Shown in pieces: positions 18,390-27,800 of a stretch of DNA of 64,000 nt. The notes beneath the pieces were generated by a model. It made no database searches and had not been told where the DNA came from. It saw only the letters and a program-made list of their open reading frames with translations. A program made the translations under genes and the position numbers. Position 1 is the first letter of the stretch. Each line of letters opens with the position of its first letter. The stretch is from Anaerolineae bacterium (lineage in GTDB: Bacteria; Chloroflexota; Anaerolineae; Aggregatilineales; J027), in assembly GCA_021463865.1 (NCBI GenBank), contig JAJTXY010000002.1, forward strand, positions 64,219 to 128,218. Reading direction: 5' to 3'.

Positions 18390-20192
18390 ATGTCTTCTCA
18401 GCCAACCGTGAGCTTGACCACTGCTGCTAAGGAACGCGCCGCCACTTTGCTTGCTCAGATGACGCTACCCGAAAAAATTGGTCAGATGACCCAAGTTGAA
18501 AAAAATAGCCTGACACCTGCCGAGGTCGCCGAATTCTATATCGGGTCGGTACTCAGCGGGGGTGGGGGCAACCCTAATCCAAATGATGTGGTGCATTGGG
18601 CCAAAATGGTACGTGGTTTCCAAGAGGCAGCCTTGCAAACTCGGTTGGCAATTCCACTTCTTTATGGGGCAGACGCGGTGCATGGGCACAACAATGTCAA
18701 AGGCGCTGTCATCTTTCCGCATAATGTCGGTTTAGGCGCGACCCGCGACGCTGACCTATTGGAGCGCATTGGGCAAATCACTGCGACAGAGACCCTAGCA
18801 ACCAGCGTACACTGGACATTTGCCCCGGCGGTATCCGTCCCACAGGATATTCGATGGGGGCGCATCTATGAGGGTTTCAGCGAAGACACCGATGTAGTAA
18901 TTGAACTGGCGACGGCCTTGATACGTGGCCTACAAAAGCCAAATATCGAAGGGTTATGGGTGCTGCCGTCGGTCAAGCATTTTGTGGCAGATGGTGGTGC
19001 CAAATGGAATTCAACCAAGCCAATCGAATGGATGCCGGGGAGTAATTGGCAGGCCGCAACCTCCTTCTACAAAATTGATCAGGGGGACGCCCGCATGGAT
19101 GAGACAACCTTGCGACAGGTTCACCTGCGCCCCTACGTAGCGGCGATTGCTGAAGGGGCACTCAATATCATGGTATCGCTTTCGTCGTGGCAGGGCCTCA
19201 AGATGCACGCCCAACGTTATCTGCTGACGGATGTACTCAAAAATGAACTCGGCTTTGAAGGCTTCTTAGTTTCCGACTGGATGGCGATTCAGCAGTTAAA
19301 TGCCGATTTCTATACTTGTGTCGTTCAGTCCATCAACGCTGGATTAGATATGGTGATGGTGCCTTTTGAATATCAGCGCTTCATCACCACCTTGACCGAA
19401 GCAGTTGAAAAAGGCGATGTTTCACAAGAGCGTATTGACGATGCTGTAACACGAATTTTGCGGGCCAAATTTGAGTTGGGTCTATTTGAAAATCCCAGCG
19501 TGGATGATACCTATCTGCCCAAAGTGGGGTGTGCCGAACACCGCGCCGTCGCTCGTGAAGCAGTCCGTAAATCAGCCGTCCTGCTGAAAAATGAGGGGAA
19601 TGTCCTGCCGCTATCTAAGAATTTGACCGAAGTCATCATTGCAGGCGCAGCAGCGACGGATTTAGGAATGCATTGCGGTGGCTGGACAATCGAATGGCAG
19701 GGGGCGCATGGAGAACTCACATTGGGAACGACCATCTACAAAGCGATCCAAGAACAAATTGGCTCTACCTCGGAGATTATCTTTACCGACAGTGGGGATT
19801 TAGCCGCTGATCTCAAAGCCGAAGTGGGCATCGTGGTGATTGGCGAATATCCCTATGCCGAAGGGTTTGGTGACCGACCCGATCTATCCCTTACCCCCGA
19901 ACAAATCGCTTTGATTGAAAAAGTGCGTCCTCGCTGCCAAAAACTCGTGCTCATCCTGCTTTCAGGGCGACCCTTGATTATCACACCCCAACTGCCGTTA
20001 GCGGACGCAGTGGTGGCGGCATGGCTGCCGGGTACGGAAGGGGCAGGCATTACAGATGTGATTTTTGGTGATTATCCCTTCACAGGGAAATTGGCCTATA
20101 CGTGGCCGCGCACGATGGCCCAACTCGACCAAAAATCGGCGGGACAGCCCATCACCGACCCGCTGTTTCCTTTTGGTTTTGGCCTAACATAA
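18390..20192 (+). CDS. GH3 family beta-glucosidase / exo-beta-glucanase
   Basis: GH3 N- and C-terminal domains. Nucleophile region GFLVSDW. Confidence 0.85.
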   Translation: MSSQPTVSLTTAAKERAATLLAQMTLPEKIGQMTQVEKNSLTPAEVAEFYIGSVLSGGGGNPNPNDVVHWAKMVRGFQEAALQTRLAIPLLYGADAVHGHNNVKGAVIFPHNVGLGATRDADLLERIGQITATETLATSVHWTFAPAVSVPQDIRWGRIYEGFSEDTDVVIELATALIRGLQKPNIEGLWVLPSVKHFVADGGAKWNSTKPIEWMPGSNWQAATSFYKIDQGDARMDETTLRQVHLRPYVAAIAEGALNIMVSLSSWQGLKMHAQRYLLTDVLKNELGFEGFLVSDWMAIQQLNADFYTCVVQSINAGLDMVMVPFEYQRFITTLTEAVEKGDVSQERIDDAVTRILRAKFELGLFENPSVDDTYLPKVGCAEHRAVAREAVRKSAVLLKNEGNVLPLSKNLTEVIIAGAAATDLGMHCGGWTIEWQGAHGELTLGTTIYKAIQEQIGSTSEIIFTDSGDLAADLKAEVGIVVIGEYPYAEGFGDRPDLSLTPEQIALIEKVRPRCQKLVLILLSGRPLIITPQLPLADAVVAAWLPGTEGAGITDVIFGDYPFTGKLAYTWPRTMAQLDQKSAGQPITDPLFPFGFGLT

Positions 20193-20213
20193 GTAAAGGA
20201 AAATCTCATAAAA

Positions 20214-22334
20214 ATGAAACGAATATGGTCAGTAATTTTGATAACCAGCCTGCTTCTTGCAGTGCTCAATTTTGCCCACCTGCCAACAGCTAGTTACGGA
20301 CAGGGGGATGGAAATCTCGCCCCCGATGGCGTTTTTGGTGAAACCTATTACGCGCCATTTCCGGTGAATATTGAACTGGATGGCAAATTCGAAGATTGGG
20401 ATGGTGTGCCGCTCGTTTATCTGGAACGTGGGGTTGGTGGGCCTGCTGTCAACTTTGGGGCTGCCGCTGACGATGAATTTTTGTATCTGTATGGCGACAT
20501 CATTGATAGCAACATTATCAGCGGTGAGCACGGCGAAAACTACTGGAACGAAGATTCCATCGAATTTTATCTGAACGGCACAGGTGATTTGAGCCTGCGC
20601 GGTTATACCGATGGGGTGGTGCAAATCACCATTCCCGCCCTCAACCGCGATTTGCCCCCTGAAGAAGCCATTATCGCCGGGGTACGTGGGACATCCGCCG
20701 AAGCCAAAATCTTTGTTGTAACCACCGAAAAGGGTTGGGCCGTCGAAGTGGCTATCCCGCTGAAGAGTAGCATTTGGGAAATTACCCCCAAACATGAAGC
20801 CGAAATTGGTTTTCAGGTACACCTGAATGCCGCGTCGGAATTGAACCGCGATAGCAAGCTGATTTGGTCGGTATTTGATACCAGCGACCAGTCCTACCAG
20901 AACCCTAGCCTATTCGGCAAGCTCATCTTTTATGAGGCTGCCGCCCAACCCGTCGCCTCCGGGGTTTATCAATTTATGTCCGCGCTGGACAACAACGGCA
21001 CACTGGATGATTTTGAGAACGGTATCTGGCTTGATTACGACGATTCTGACCAACCCATTGGCCTTGTCCCCGGCGAGAATTCGGCCTTAGCGATTCGTCA
21101 AGTGTTGCCAAACACTGCACTTGCCCTGCCCGACCAAGAAGAAGTAACCAATGTTCTCGCCGTGCAATACGAAGCAAGTGGCGGAATGCAGCATCACTTC
21201 ACCGATGGCTTCGATGCAATTCAACTCGATTGGTCGGCCTACAACGCCGTTGGCTTTTGGATGTCCGGCGCAACGAATGGCGCTGTCGAATTGATGGCAG
21301 GTGACCCCAATGATACATGGGTCTATCCATTTGGAAATACTGCCGAGGGTTGGCAATATATTATTGTGCCGTTCAATCTGTTCCAAAATTCAGCGGGGAT
21401 TTCATTACCACTAACCACAATTGGTGGATATGGTTTTGAATTCACCTCTGCTGACGAAACCAGCACGGCTTATGTGGATGATGTCAAGCTGTTTATGGTC
21501 GAGAACACCAGCGCCGCGAGTTATCTCAGCCAACAACCAAGTGCGGCCTTTGTCATTGATGAGAGCATCAATTGGGAATCGCGGGAATGGACACTGGTCT
21601 GGTCAGATGAATTTGAAGGTGAAGCCAACACTCCCATTAATGCCGATAACTGGACATGCGAAATCGGCGGCCACGGTTGGGGCAATGGCGAAATGGAGTA
21701 TTACACTGATCGCGTAGAAAATGTCTCACTGGATGGTTCTGGCAACCTTGCGATTGTCGCTCGTGCCGAAAACCCCGGTGATTACACCTGCCACTATGGA
21801 CGCTGTGCCTTTACCTCCGCCCGTTGCATTACCGCCGATAAGGTCGAGTTTACCTATGGTCGGGTTGAAGCGCGATTGAAAATCCCCTATGGGCAGGGTA
21901 TTTGGCCCGCTTTCTGGATGCTCGGCGCGAATTTTAGCGAGGTCGGTTGGCCCAATTCTGGTGAAATTGACATTATGGAAAATGTCGGTTACGAACCCCG
22001 CACCGTTCATGGCACCATACATGGACCGGGCTATTCGGGAGCAAGTGGGATTGGTGGCGGGTACAGTTTGGATGAAGATTTCTCGGCTGATTTCCACGTC
22101 TATGCCATTGAATGGGACGCCAATGTCATTCGCTGGTACGTAGACGGCAATCTCTATAATTCGGTTTCATTAAATGACCTGTGGAACCGCGAATGGGTGT
22201 TTGACCACGATTTCTTCCTGCTGCTCAATGTCGCAGTGGGTGGCGGATGGCCCGGTTACCCAGATACAACCACTGAATTCCCCCAGACCATGCTAGTAGA
22301 TTATGTACGTGTCTATCAGCTTGCGTCTAATTGA
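20214..22334 (+). CDS. secreted multidomain GH16 endo-beta-1,3-glucanase (laminarinase-like) with N-terminal carbohydrate-binding-like domains
   Basis: Signal peptide, a CBM9-like N-terminal region and a second beta-sandwich-like region. The C-terminal GH16 domain has the catalytic motif GEIDIMEN. Confidence 0.85.
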   Translation: MKRIWSVILITSLLLAVLNFAHLPTASYGQGDGNLAPDGVFGETYYAPFPVNIELDGKFEDWDGVPLVYLERGVGGPAVNFGAAADDEFLYLYGDIIDSNIISGEHGENYWNEDSIEFYLNGTGDLSLRGYTDGVVQITIPALNRDLPPEEAIIAGVRGTSAEAKIFVVTTEKGWAVEVAIPLKSSIWEITPKHEAEIGFQVHLNAASELNRDSKLIWSVFDTSDQSYQNPSLFGKLIFYEAAAQPVASGVYQFMSALDNNGTLDDFENGIWLDYDDSDQPIGLVPGENSALAIRQVLPNTALALPDQEEVTNVLAVQYEASGGMQHHFTDGFDAIQLDWSAYNAVGFWMSGATNGAVELMAGDPNDTWVYPFGNTAEGWQYIIVPFNLFQNSAGISLPLTTIGGYGFEFTSADETSTAYVDDVKLFMVENTSAASYLSQQPSAAFVIDESINWESREWTLVWSDEFEGEANTPINADNWTCEIGGHGWGNGEMEYYTDRVENVSLDGSGNLAIVARAENPGDYTCHYGRCAFTSARCITADKVEFTYGRVEARLKIPYGQGIWPAFWMLGANFSEVGWPNSGEIDIMENVGYEPRTVHGTIHGPGYSGASGIGGGYSLDEDFSADFHVYAIEWDANVIRWYVDGNLYNSVSLNDLWNREWVFDHDFFLLLNVAVGGGWPGYPDTTTEFPQTMLVDYVRVYQLASN

Positions 22335-22354
22335 TCGAGAATGTCCTTTCTATA

Positions 22355-22388
22355 AAATCTGCTCCGGTTAGTGGGGCAGATTTTTCTT
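22355..22388 (+). terminator. Rho-independent terminator of the beta-glucan operon
   Basis: AAATCTGCTCC / GGGGCAGATTT. 11-bp stem including one G-U pair, 7-nt loop, followed by TTTTTCTT. Confidence 0.7.
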
Positions 22389-22644
22389 CCCAAGACTTTC
22401 GACCATACCCAAATTTGCAAAATATAAATTCAATTTCGCACGCCCGATAGCAATTGACAAAGCTATCTGATTTGCCATGAACCAAACAGGCTTGATTAAC
22501 CTGATTCAGATAAATATAAACGCAGATCGTTTGACGACCCTAATCGAAAGAGCACTGGGCAAAGATTATGCAGCCTACGCCGAACCAGAGGATGCTTTTG
22601 CTAAGGCGAATTACGAGTAAACACTGCGGGGGTAATGTGAAACG

Positions 22645-22692
22645 AAATGGGTTGTGTACAGACATTTGATGTTTGCCCGGCACAACCCATTT
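22645..22692. terminator. 12-bp perfect hairpin downstream of the alpha-2-macroglobulin gene
   Basis: AAATGGGTTGTG (22645-22656) pairs with CACAACCCATTT (22681-22692). 24-nt loop. Confidence 0.45.
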
Positions 22693-22714
22693 TGACTAAC
22701 ACTGAAATCCCGCT

Positions 22715-24862
22715 TTACGGCTCAATCGTAAAGAGCATCCCAGCGCTACGACCATAGACCTCCGGGAAATAGAATTCCTGCCCAGTGGCCGGAATCACAT
22801 TAAACTGCCCCGGTAGGCCAAGACGCAGCCGATATACGTAAGTATAAGTTCCCGGCCCAAGATATGTCGCGTACAAGACCACTTTTTCATCACGCAATTC
22901 GGTATGCGAGAAATACCACCATCCCCAGTCGGCGCGGTCAGCTATTTCGAGATGGGGACGCTGACCGACAATACTCGTGGTCAACAGATGCGGGTCAACC
23001 GCTTCTGCACCAGCCGGAATGGGGTCTTCAATCACCACGTAATTGAGTGAACGCAGGGCTGTAATCGTCAGCATGACTACCACCTCATCGCCCACTTTGG
23101 CGCTGGTAATGGGTTGACGGGCAGGGTCATCCGCAAGGTAATATTGGCGCTCGATGGAGATACCCCGCGACGCTGGCTCAATTCCGGGCACATCCAAAAA
23201 CGTCGTCAGGTGGAGGGTGTAATACAGATTGCCCGGCCCTTCGCCATGCGTAATGACGACTTGATTGGCCTCATCCCACAATAATTCCTCGATCTCAACT
23301 CGCAGGCGCTGCGATTCGCGCACCGTATCGGGTGTCACTCGAGTATCTTCGGGCAGCAGTGCTTCGCCATTAAGATCAACGCCAAAAGCATAGTTGGCCT
23401 CAAGTTCGCGTGTCAGCAGCATCCAATCGGTGAGGGACATCACTGACCATGCGGTTTCTTGGGTCGTCTCCCATGCGTCGGCTTGACGTGCCGTCATCAA
23501 CCAACGTACCGCCCCCGGCAGTAGATCATTGGTGACATCATAATGCGCCAATGCCATCAACACCAAAGCCGTCGTGCGAGTATCGGTTGTCCAGTTGTAA
23601 TAATCAGGCCGATCTTCCCAATGAATCCCAGTCGCGCTCGCACTGCCCGCAAACGTGGCGGCACTCATGAAATCGCTCTTCAGCGTTTCAAGGCGCGGGT
23701 CGTTGGGGTCATTTGCCATCATGCTCATCATCAGAAACGCCTGTGCATCCAGATTTAGGCGGTGACGCTGCTCGTACATCAAGGTTAGACGCGCCGCATA
23801 GGTCGCCGAATCTAGGCCACTGGCGTAAGCGCTGCGATTCAGGGCATAGAGGATAAAAGCCCGTTGATTGAGTTTCCAATCCTGTAAATTATCGAGTCCA
23901 CCACTCCCTTCTTGCTGGGCGATATACCCGTACAAAAAGTCGCCGGCCCGTTCAATGACACTGGTATCAACGGCGGCAAAACCACTGTTACGCGCCTCAC
24001 TCAAACCAATGAGGGCATAGGCCGTCGTTAGGGGATTGGACGCATCGCCGGGGAACCAACCCCAACCACCATCGGAATGTTGAAGCGCATAAAGTCGCTG
24101 CAATCCAAAGATGACCTGCTGATTGAGATTTTGCTTCAGTTCCGGGTTCGATTGATTGAGTTCTGCGAGCGCCCGCATGGTCATGATATTGGGCAGAAAA
24201 CGACTGACCGTCTGCTCAATACATTGGTGCGGATAGTTTTGCAGATAGTTCAAACCGTCTAGCATCGGGCCTGCTAATGTATGATCAAGCCGGATGCGCA
24301 GACTGCCCCGTTCGGTGTCGGCTTGTTCAGGAAGTTCAATGGTTTCAGTAACCCGCCGCGCCTCTGGCCCATCCAAAACCCCCGCTGTGCCTACGGTTTC
24401 ATGGGCCACATATCGGTAGACGGGCAATAGGCGTTCATCACCTTGACCAAGTAGCGGTTTGCTACCATCGGTATAGGAACCATCTTCATTCCGAACAGTG
24501 AAGGTCGCATCAATATTTGAAACATCCAACACGACAATCGGCCAATCCACCCGCTGCCGCCCTTGTGCCGGAATGCTGACGGTCTGGATGAGGGTGACAT
24601 CATTTAACACCGTGAATCCTGTGCCAATCAATTCCACCTGCACGGTTTGCTCGCGTGGGGTGTTGTTGTTGACAATTGCGCCGATGCTGAGTTCATCGCC
24701 CACGACAAAAAAGCGCGGGGTAACGGGTCGAATCAGCAGGGGTTTGGTGCTGATAAAATCCGCTGTCGACTGCCCAACTAACATTGGCCCATCGGTGCCA
24801 GTTGTAATAGCACGGGCATCAATATGCCATGTGGTCAAATTATCGGGCAGGGTAATGCTCAC
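22715..24862 (-). CDS. alpha-2-macroglobulin family protein, C-terminal fragment (thioester domain); 3' part of a frameshifted gene
   Basis: Contains LPDNLTTWH, the thioester motif CIEQ (24212-24223), and the terpenoid-cyclase-like and receptor-binding-like C-terminus. The ORF's nominal 'M' is an internal GTG. Confidence 0.8.
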   Translation of the reverse strand: MSITLPDNLTTWHIDARAITTGTDGPMLVGQSTADFISTKPLLIRPVTPRFFVVGDELSIGAIVNNNTPREQTVQVELIGTGFTVLNDVTLIQTVSIPAQGRQRVDWPIVVLDVSNIDATFTVRNEDGSYTDGSKPLLGQGDERLLPVYRYVAHETVGTAGVLDGPEARRVTETIELPEQADTERGSLRIRLDHTLAGPMLDGLNYLQNYPHQCIEQTVSRFLPNIMTMRALAELNQSNPELKQNLNQQVIFGLQRLYALQHSDGGWGWFPGDASNPLTTAYALIGLSEARNSGFAAVDTSVIERAGDFLYGYIAQQEGSGGLDNLQDWKLNQRAFILYALNRSAYASGLDSATYAARLTLMYEQRHRLNLDAQAFLMMSMMANDPNDPRLETLKSDFMSAATFAGSASATGIHWEDRPDYYNWTTDTRTTALVLMALAHYDVTNDLLPGAVRWLMTARQADAWETTQETAWSVMSLTDWMLLTRELEANYAFGVDLNGEALLPEDTRVTPDTVRESQRLRVEIEELLWDEANQVVITHGEGPGNLYYTLHLTTFLDVPGIEPASRGISIERQYYLADDPARQPITSAKVGDEVVVMLTITALRSLNYVVIEDPIPAGAEAVDPHLLTTSIVGQRPHLEIADRADWGWWYFSHTELRDEKVVLYATYLGPGTYTYVYRLRLGLPGQFNVIPATGQEFYFPEVYGRSAGMLFTIEP

Positions 24863-24888
24863 TTGGGCCTCGCCATTGTCATCTGTAG

Positions 24889-27800
24889 CTACACTGGGTT
24901 CCCAGAGGGGGTATCTACAAAATCTTGCCGGATTTCGATAATCCCCGGATACCCACCGCCGCCGCCACCGCCGCCTTTGCGCCCATTGGTGACATATTGA
25001 ACGTAATCATCGGCAGAGATCGTTAAGGTAGAGGCCGTCATAATCCCCAAGCCGCGCCGACTATAAAAATATTCCAAGAGGGGTGGGCTATTGGGGGACA
25101 TAAGCCCTAGAACCGACAAATCCGTGACGCCAATCCCCACTTCGGCGCTCACCGGATTACCTGCCCAATCGCGGGTTTTTACATCAAGGGTGACGGTATC
25201 TCCCGGCCCGACGGTTTCAACACCCTCTGGCATAACGGGTGTGACTTCGACATCCATCACCAACCGCTCAGTATCAATCGTCAAAGGAATCATGCCAAAG
25301 CGGAACTGCGCGTAAGTCGTATGCTCGTCAATGCCCTTAACCAACATCACCGAAACATAGATATTGGGGGCATAGAGGTCTTCAATAGGCAGTTGATATA
25401 CATAGGAATTGGTGGTCATATGGATAATTTCGGTGCGCAAAAAGCTGTCGCGTTCCACCGTGACCAACGCGAGTGTTTCACCTTGAAATGGACTTGGTAT
25501 CAGGATTTGCGCCGTGTCACCGGGGCGATACGTATCGGCATCCGCAATCAAGGTGACACGATTATCATTACGCTGCCGCCATGAAACATATTCTGGGCTG
25601 GACACCCACATAAATCCACTGCTCAGGATTTCGTTACCTGCATCATCGCGCGAAGTGGCATACAGTTTATATGTCCCCCCGCGTGGCGGTACGTACTCGA
25701 CTTGACCCTTGCCATCGGCATCCAATGTTACTGAACCGCTGGCGACTTCGATCTCTTCCAAATCCCATGTCCACGCCATGCGTCCGTCGGTGTCTTTTTC
25801 CAACACACTTGTCCAGCGGCGCTCGACAATGCGGTATTCTACAACCTGATTCGGCACGGCTTGGCTGTCCCAATCCACTGCGATCATGTTGAAACGCGAG
25901 GTCTTGCCTGCCTGACTCAAATAGCTGTCCGGCGCAACGCCTACATAAACCTTGCCTTGATGCACCACCACCCGCACACGCCCCGCGACGGGCTGATTGC
26001 TTTCATCGGTGACGGTGGCCTCAATGGTATAAACTTGACTGCCGGGGTGATTGGCGGCTCCGGCGGGCAGACGGACGACAAAACGGCCTTCCGCGTCCGT
26101 TACACCTTCATCCTCCGATACTTTTTCAGCCCATACCCCAGAAGTCGTCTCGATGTAGTTCTCGGTATCGAGGCGGTCATAATCAAAATCTTGGAATGTC
26201 CAGCGCCCACGCCCCTGATAGTTAAAGTAATAGTCTTGGCCCAGTGCTACCCATTTAATTTGGGCATTGCTGACCGCGCCCCCAAAAAAGTATCGGGCAT
26301 CAATGGTTACATCTACCATCTCGCCCATCAAAACTTCATCGGCGGCTGGCACTGCCCGGACTTCATATTCTGGTGCGTGGTACTCGGCTACATCAAAGGT
26401 TAAACCCGGTAGATTCCAATAGTAACCCGTGTAGCGATTGTAATATTCCTGATAGCTGGGTAGGGCAACGGCAATGCGATAGTTACCACGACTGGCTTCG
26501 TCGTCCAACGTAAACTCGCCCGAAAACGACCCCTGCGGATTGACCTCAATGCGCTCTTCATAGATTTTCTGATTCGACGCATCATAGATTTCAATTGGTA
26601 CGGTTCGGTGCCCCGGCATGACGCTGTACAAAACATCGTTTTGTTTACGCAGGATACCCCGGAAATAGACGGTCTGACCCGGACGGTAGATAGGGCGATC
26701 ACTGTAGAGATACAGGCGTTGGTCACTCGGTTGATAATCCATTTGGATGTTAAAATCGCCGGGTTGGATACCGTAGATGAGACGGTTTGAGACAAAGCCA
26801 AAATGCTCAGGCGTTTGCACCACTGCATATAGGGTGCCATAGGTATCCAGTTTGGGTAGATCAACGATCACAAGACCGTTTTCATCGGTGCGCCCAAAAG
26901 CAACCACGCTGAATTTGTTGTCGTAAAATTTCACCAACAAATTGGGTTCAGGATTCCCCGTTTGCATGTTCGTAACCCAAGCAAGGGCTTCATGTTGACT
27001 GTACTTAAACGTGATATTGACTGTCGCTACAATCATCACATGGGCATTGGGTGGATAGCCGCGTTTATTGGATTGGGGCGAATTGACGTATAGCAGATAC
27101 GCCCCCGGTTCAAGGGCTTTATATTCGCCGTTTTCAATTAAAGGAACATCTGAGAGTGGCTCAACGAAATACGCGGATAGACTACCCTCTGGAATCCAGC
27201 CTTCAGTCTCATCCTCAAAGTTCTTGACCTTCCACCACAGATACCCCTCGGCACATAGCGGGCCATCTTGCACCCAGAAGGTCGTACCTGCCGGGTATTG
27301 GGTTACGGTATCGCTTGAAAAACTGGCTTCGGCATGAACCGGCAACGGACGAAGGTCATCGGCGGTCACACGGGCTTCAATATCCACAGTCAAACGCCGT
27401 GCAGCCACTCCCTGACAGGCGACATCTTCCAGACCGCGATCAACTTCTTCGGGTGAAATCAACACCATCCGGTCACGTGACACATTCAACGGGGAGGCCA
27501 CCGGGACCTGCCATGAGCGCAACCGTTGACCGGCGCGGTTATCCTGATTGGGTTGATTATTGCTGCGTGCCACCCCTGCCAGTGAGGGTAAATCTAGCCG
27601 ATAAAGTTGTAATTCAATGGTATTAATGTTGCGATGTGAGACAAACAAGCGTGTAGTGGGGTCATACGCATTGTACACCGCCATCATGCCGGGAACATTC
27701 AGCCTGAGCGACGGTTCATAGGCCCGTGTCGCAAAATTGATTTCGGTGGGTGTGGTGATTTCATTGCCGTACACATCCCGCATCCCCGGTTCTAGGGTAA

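Noticed and set aside
22477-22620. A 47-aa ORF (MNQTGLINLIQININADRLTTLIERALGKDYAAYAEPEDAFAKANYE) isolated between two terminator hairpins.
   Set aside because: It has no Shine-Dalgarno sequence, no convincing promoter (TTGACA at 22454 but no -10), and no family I recognise. It could be a real small protein, but the sequence alone does not support it. Ribo-seq or conservation data would be needed.
24952-24975. A GGN/GCC-rich repeat near the A2M frameshift that looks like a microsatellite.
   Set aside because: It is in frame and encodes Gly8 in the predicted bait/linker region. It is not the site of the frameshift, which is the G5 run at 24907-24911.
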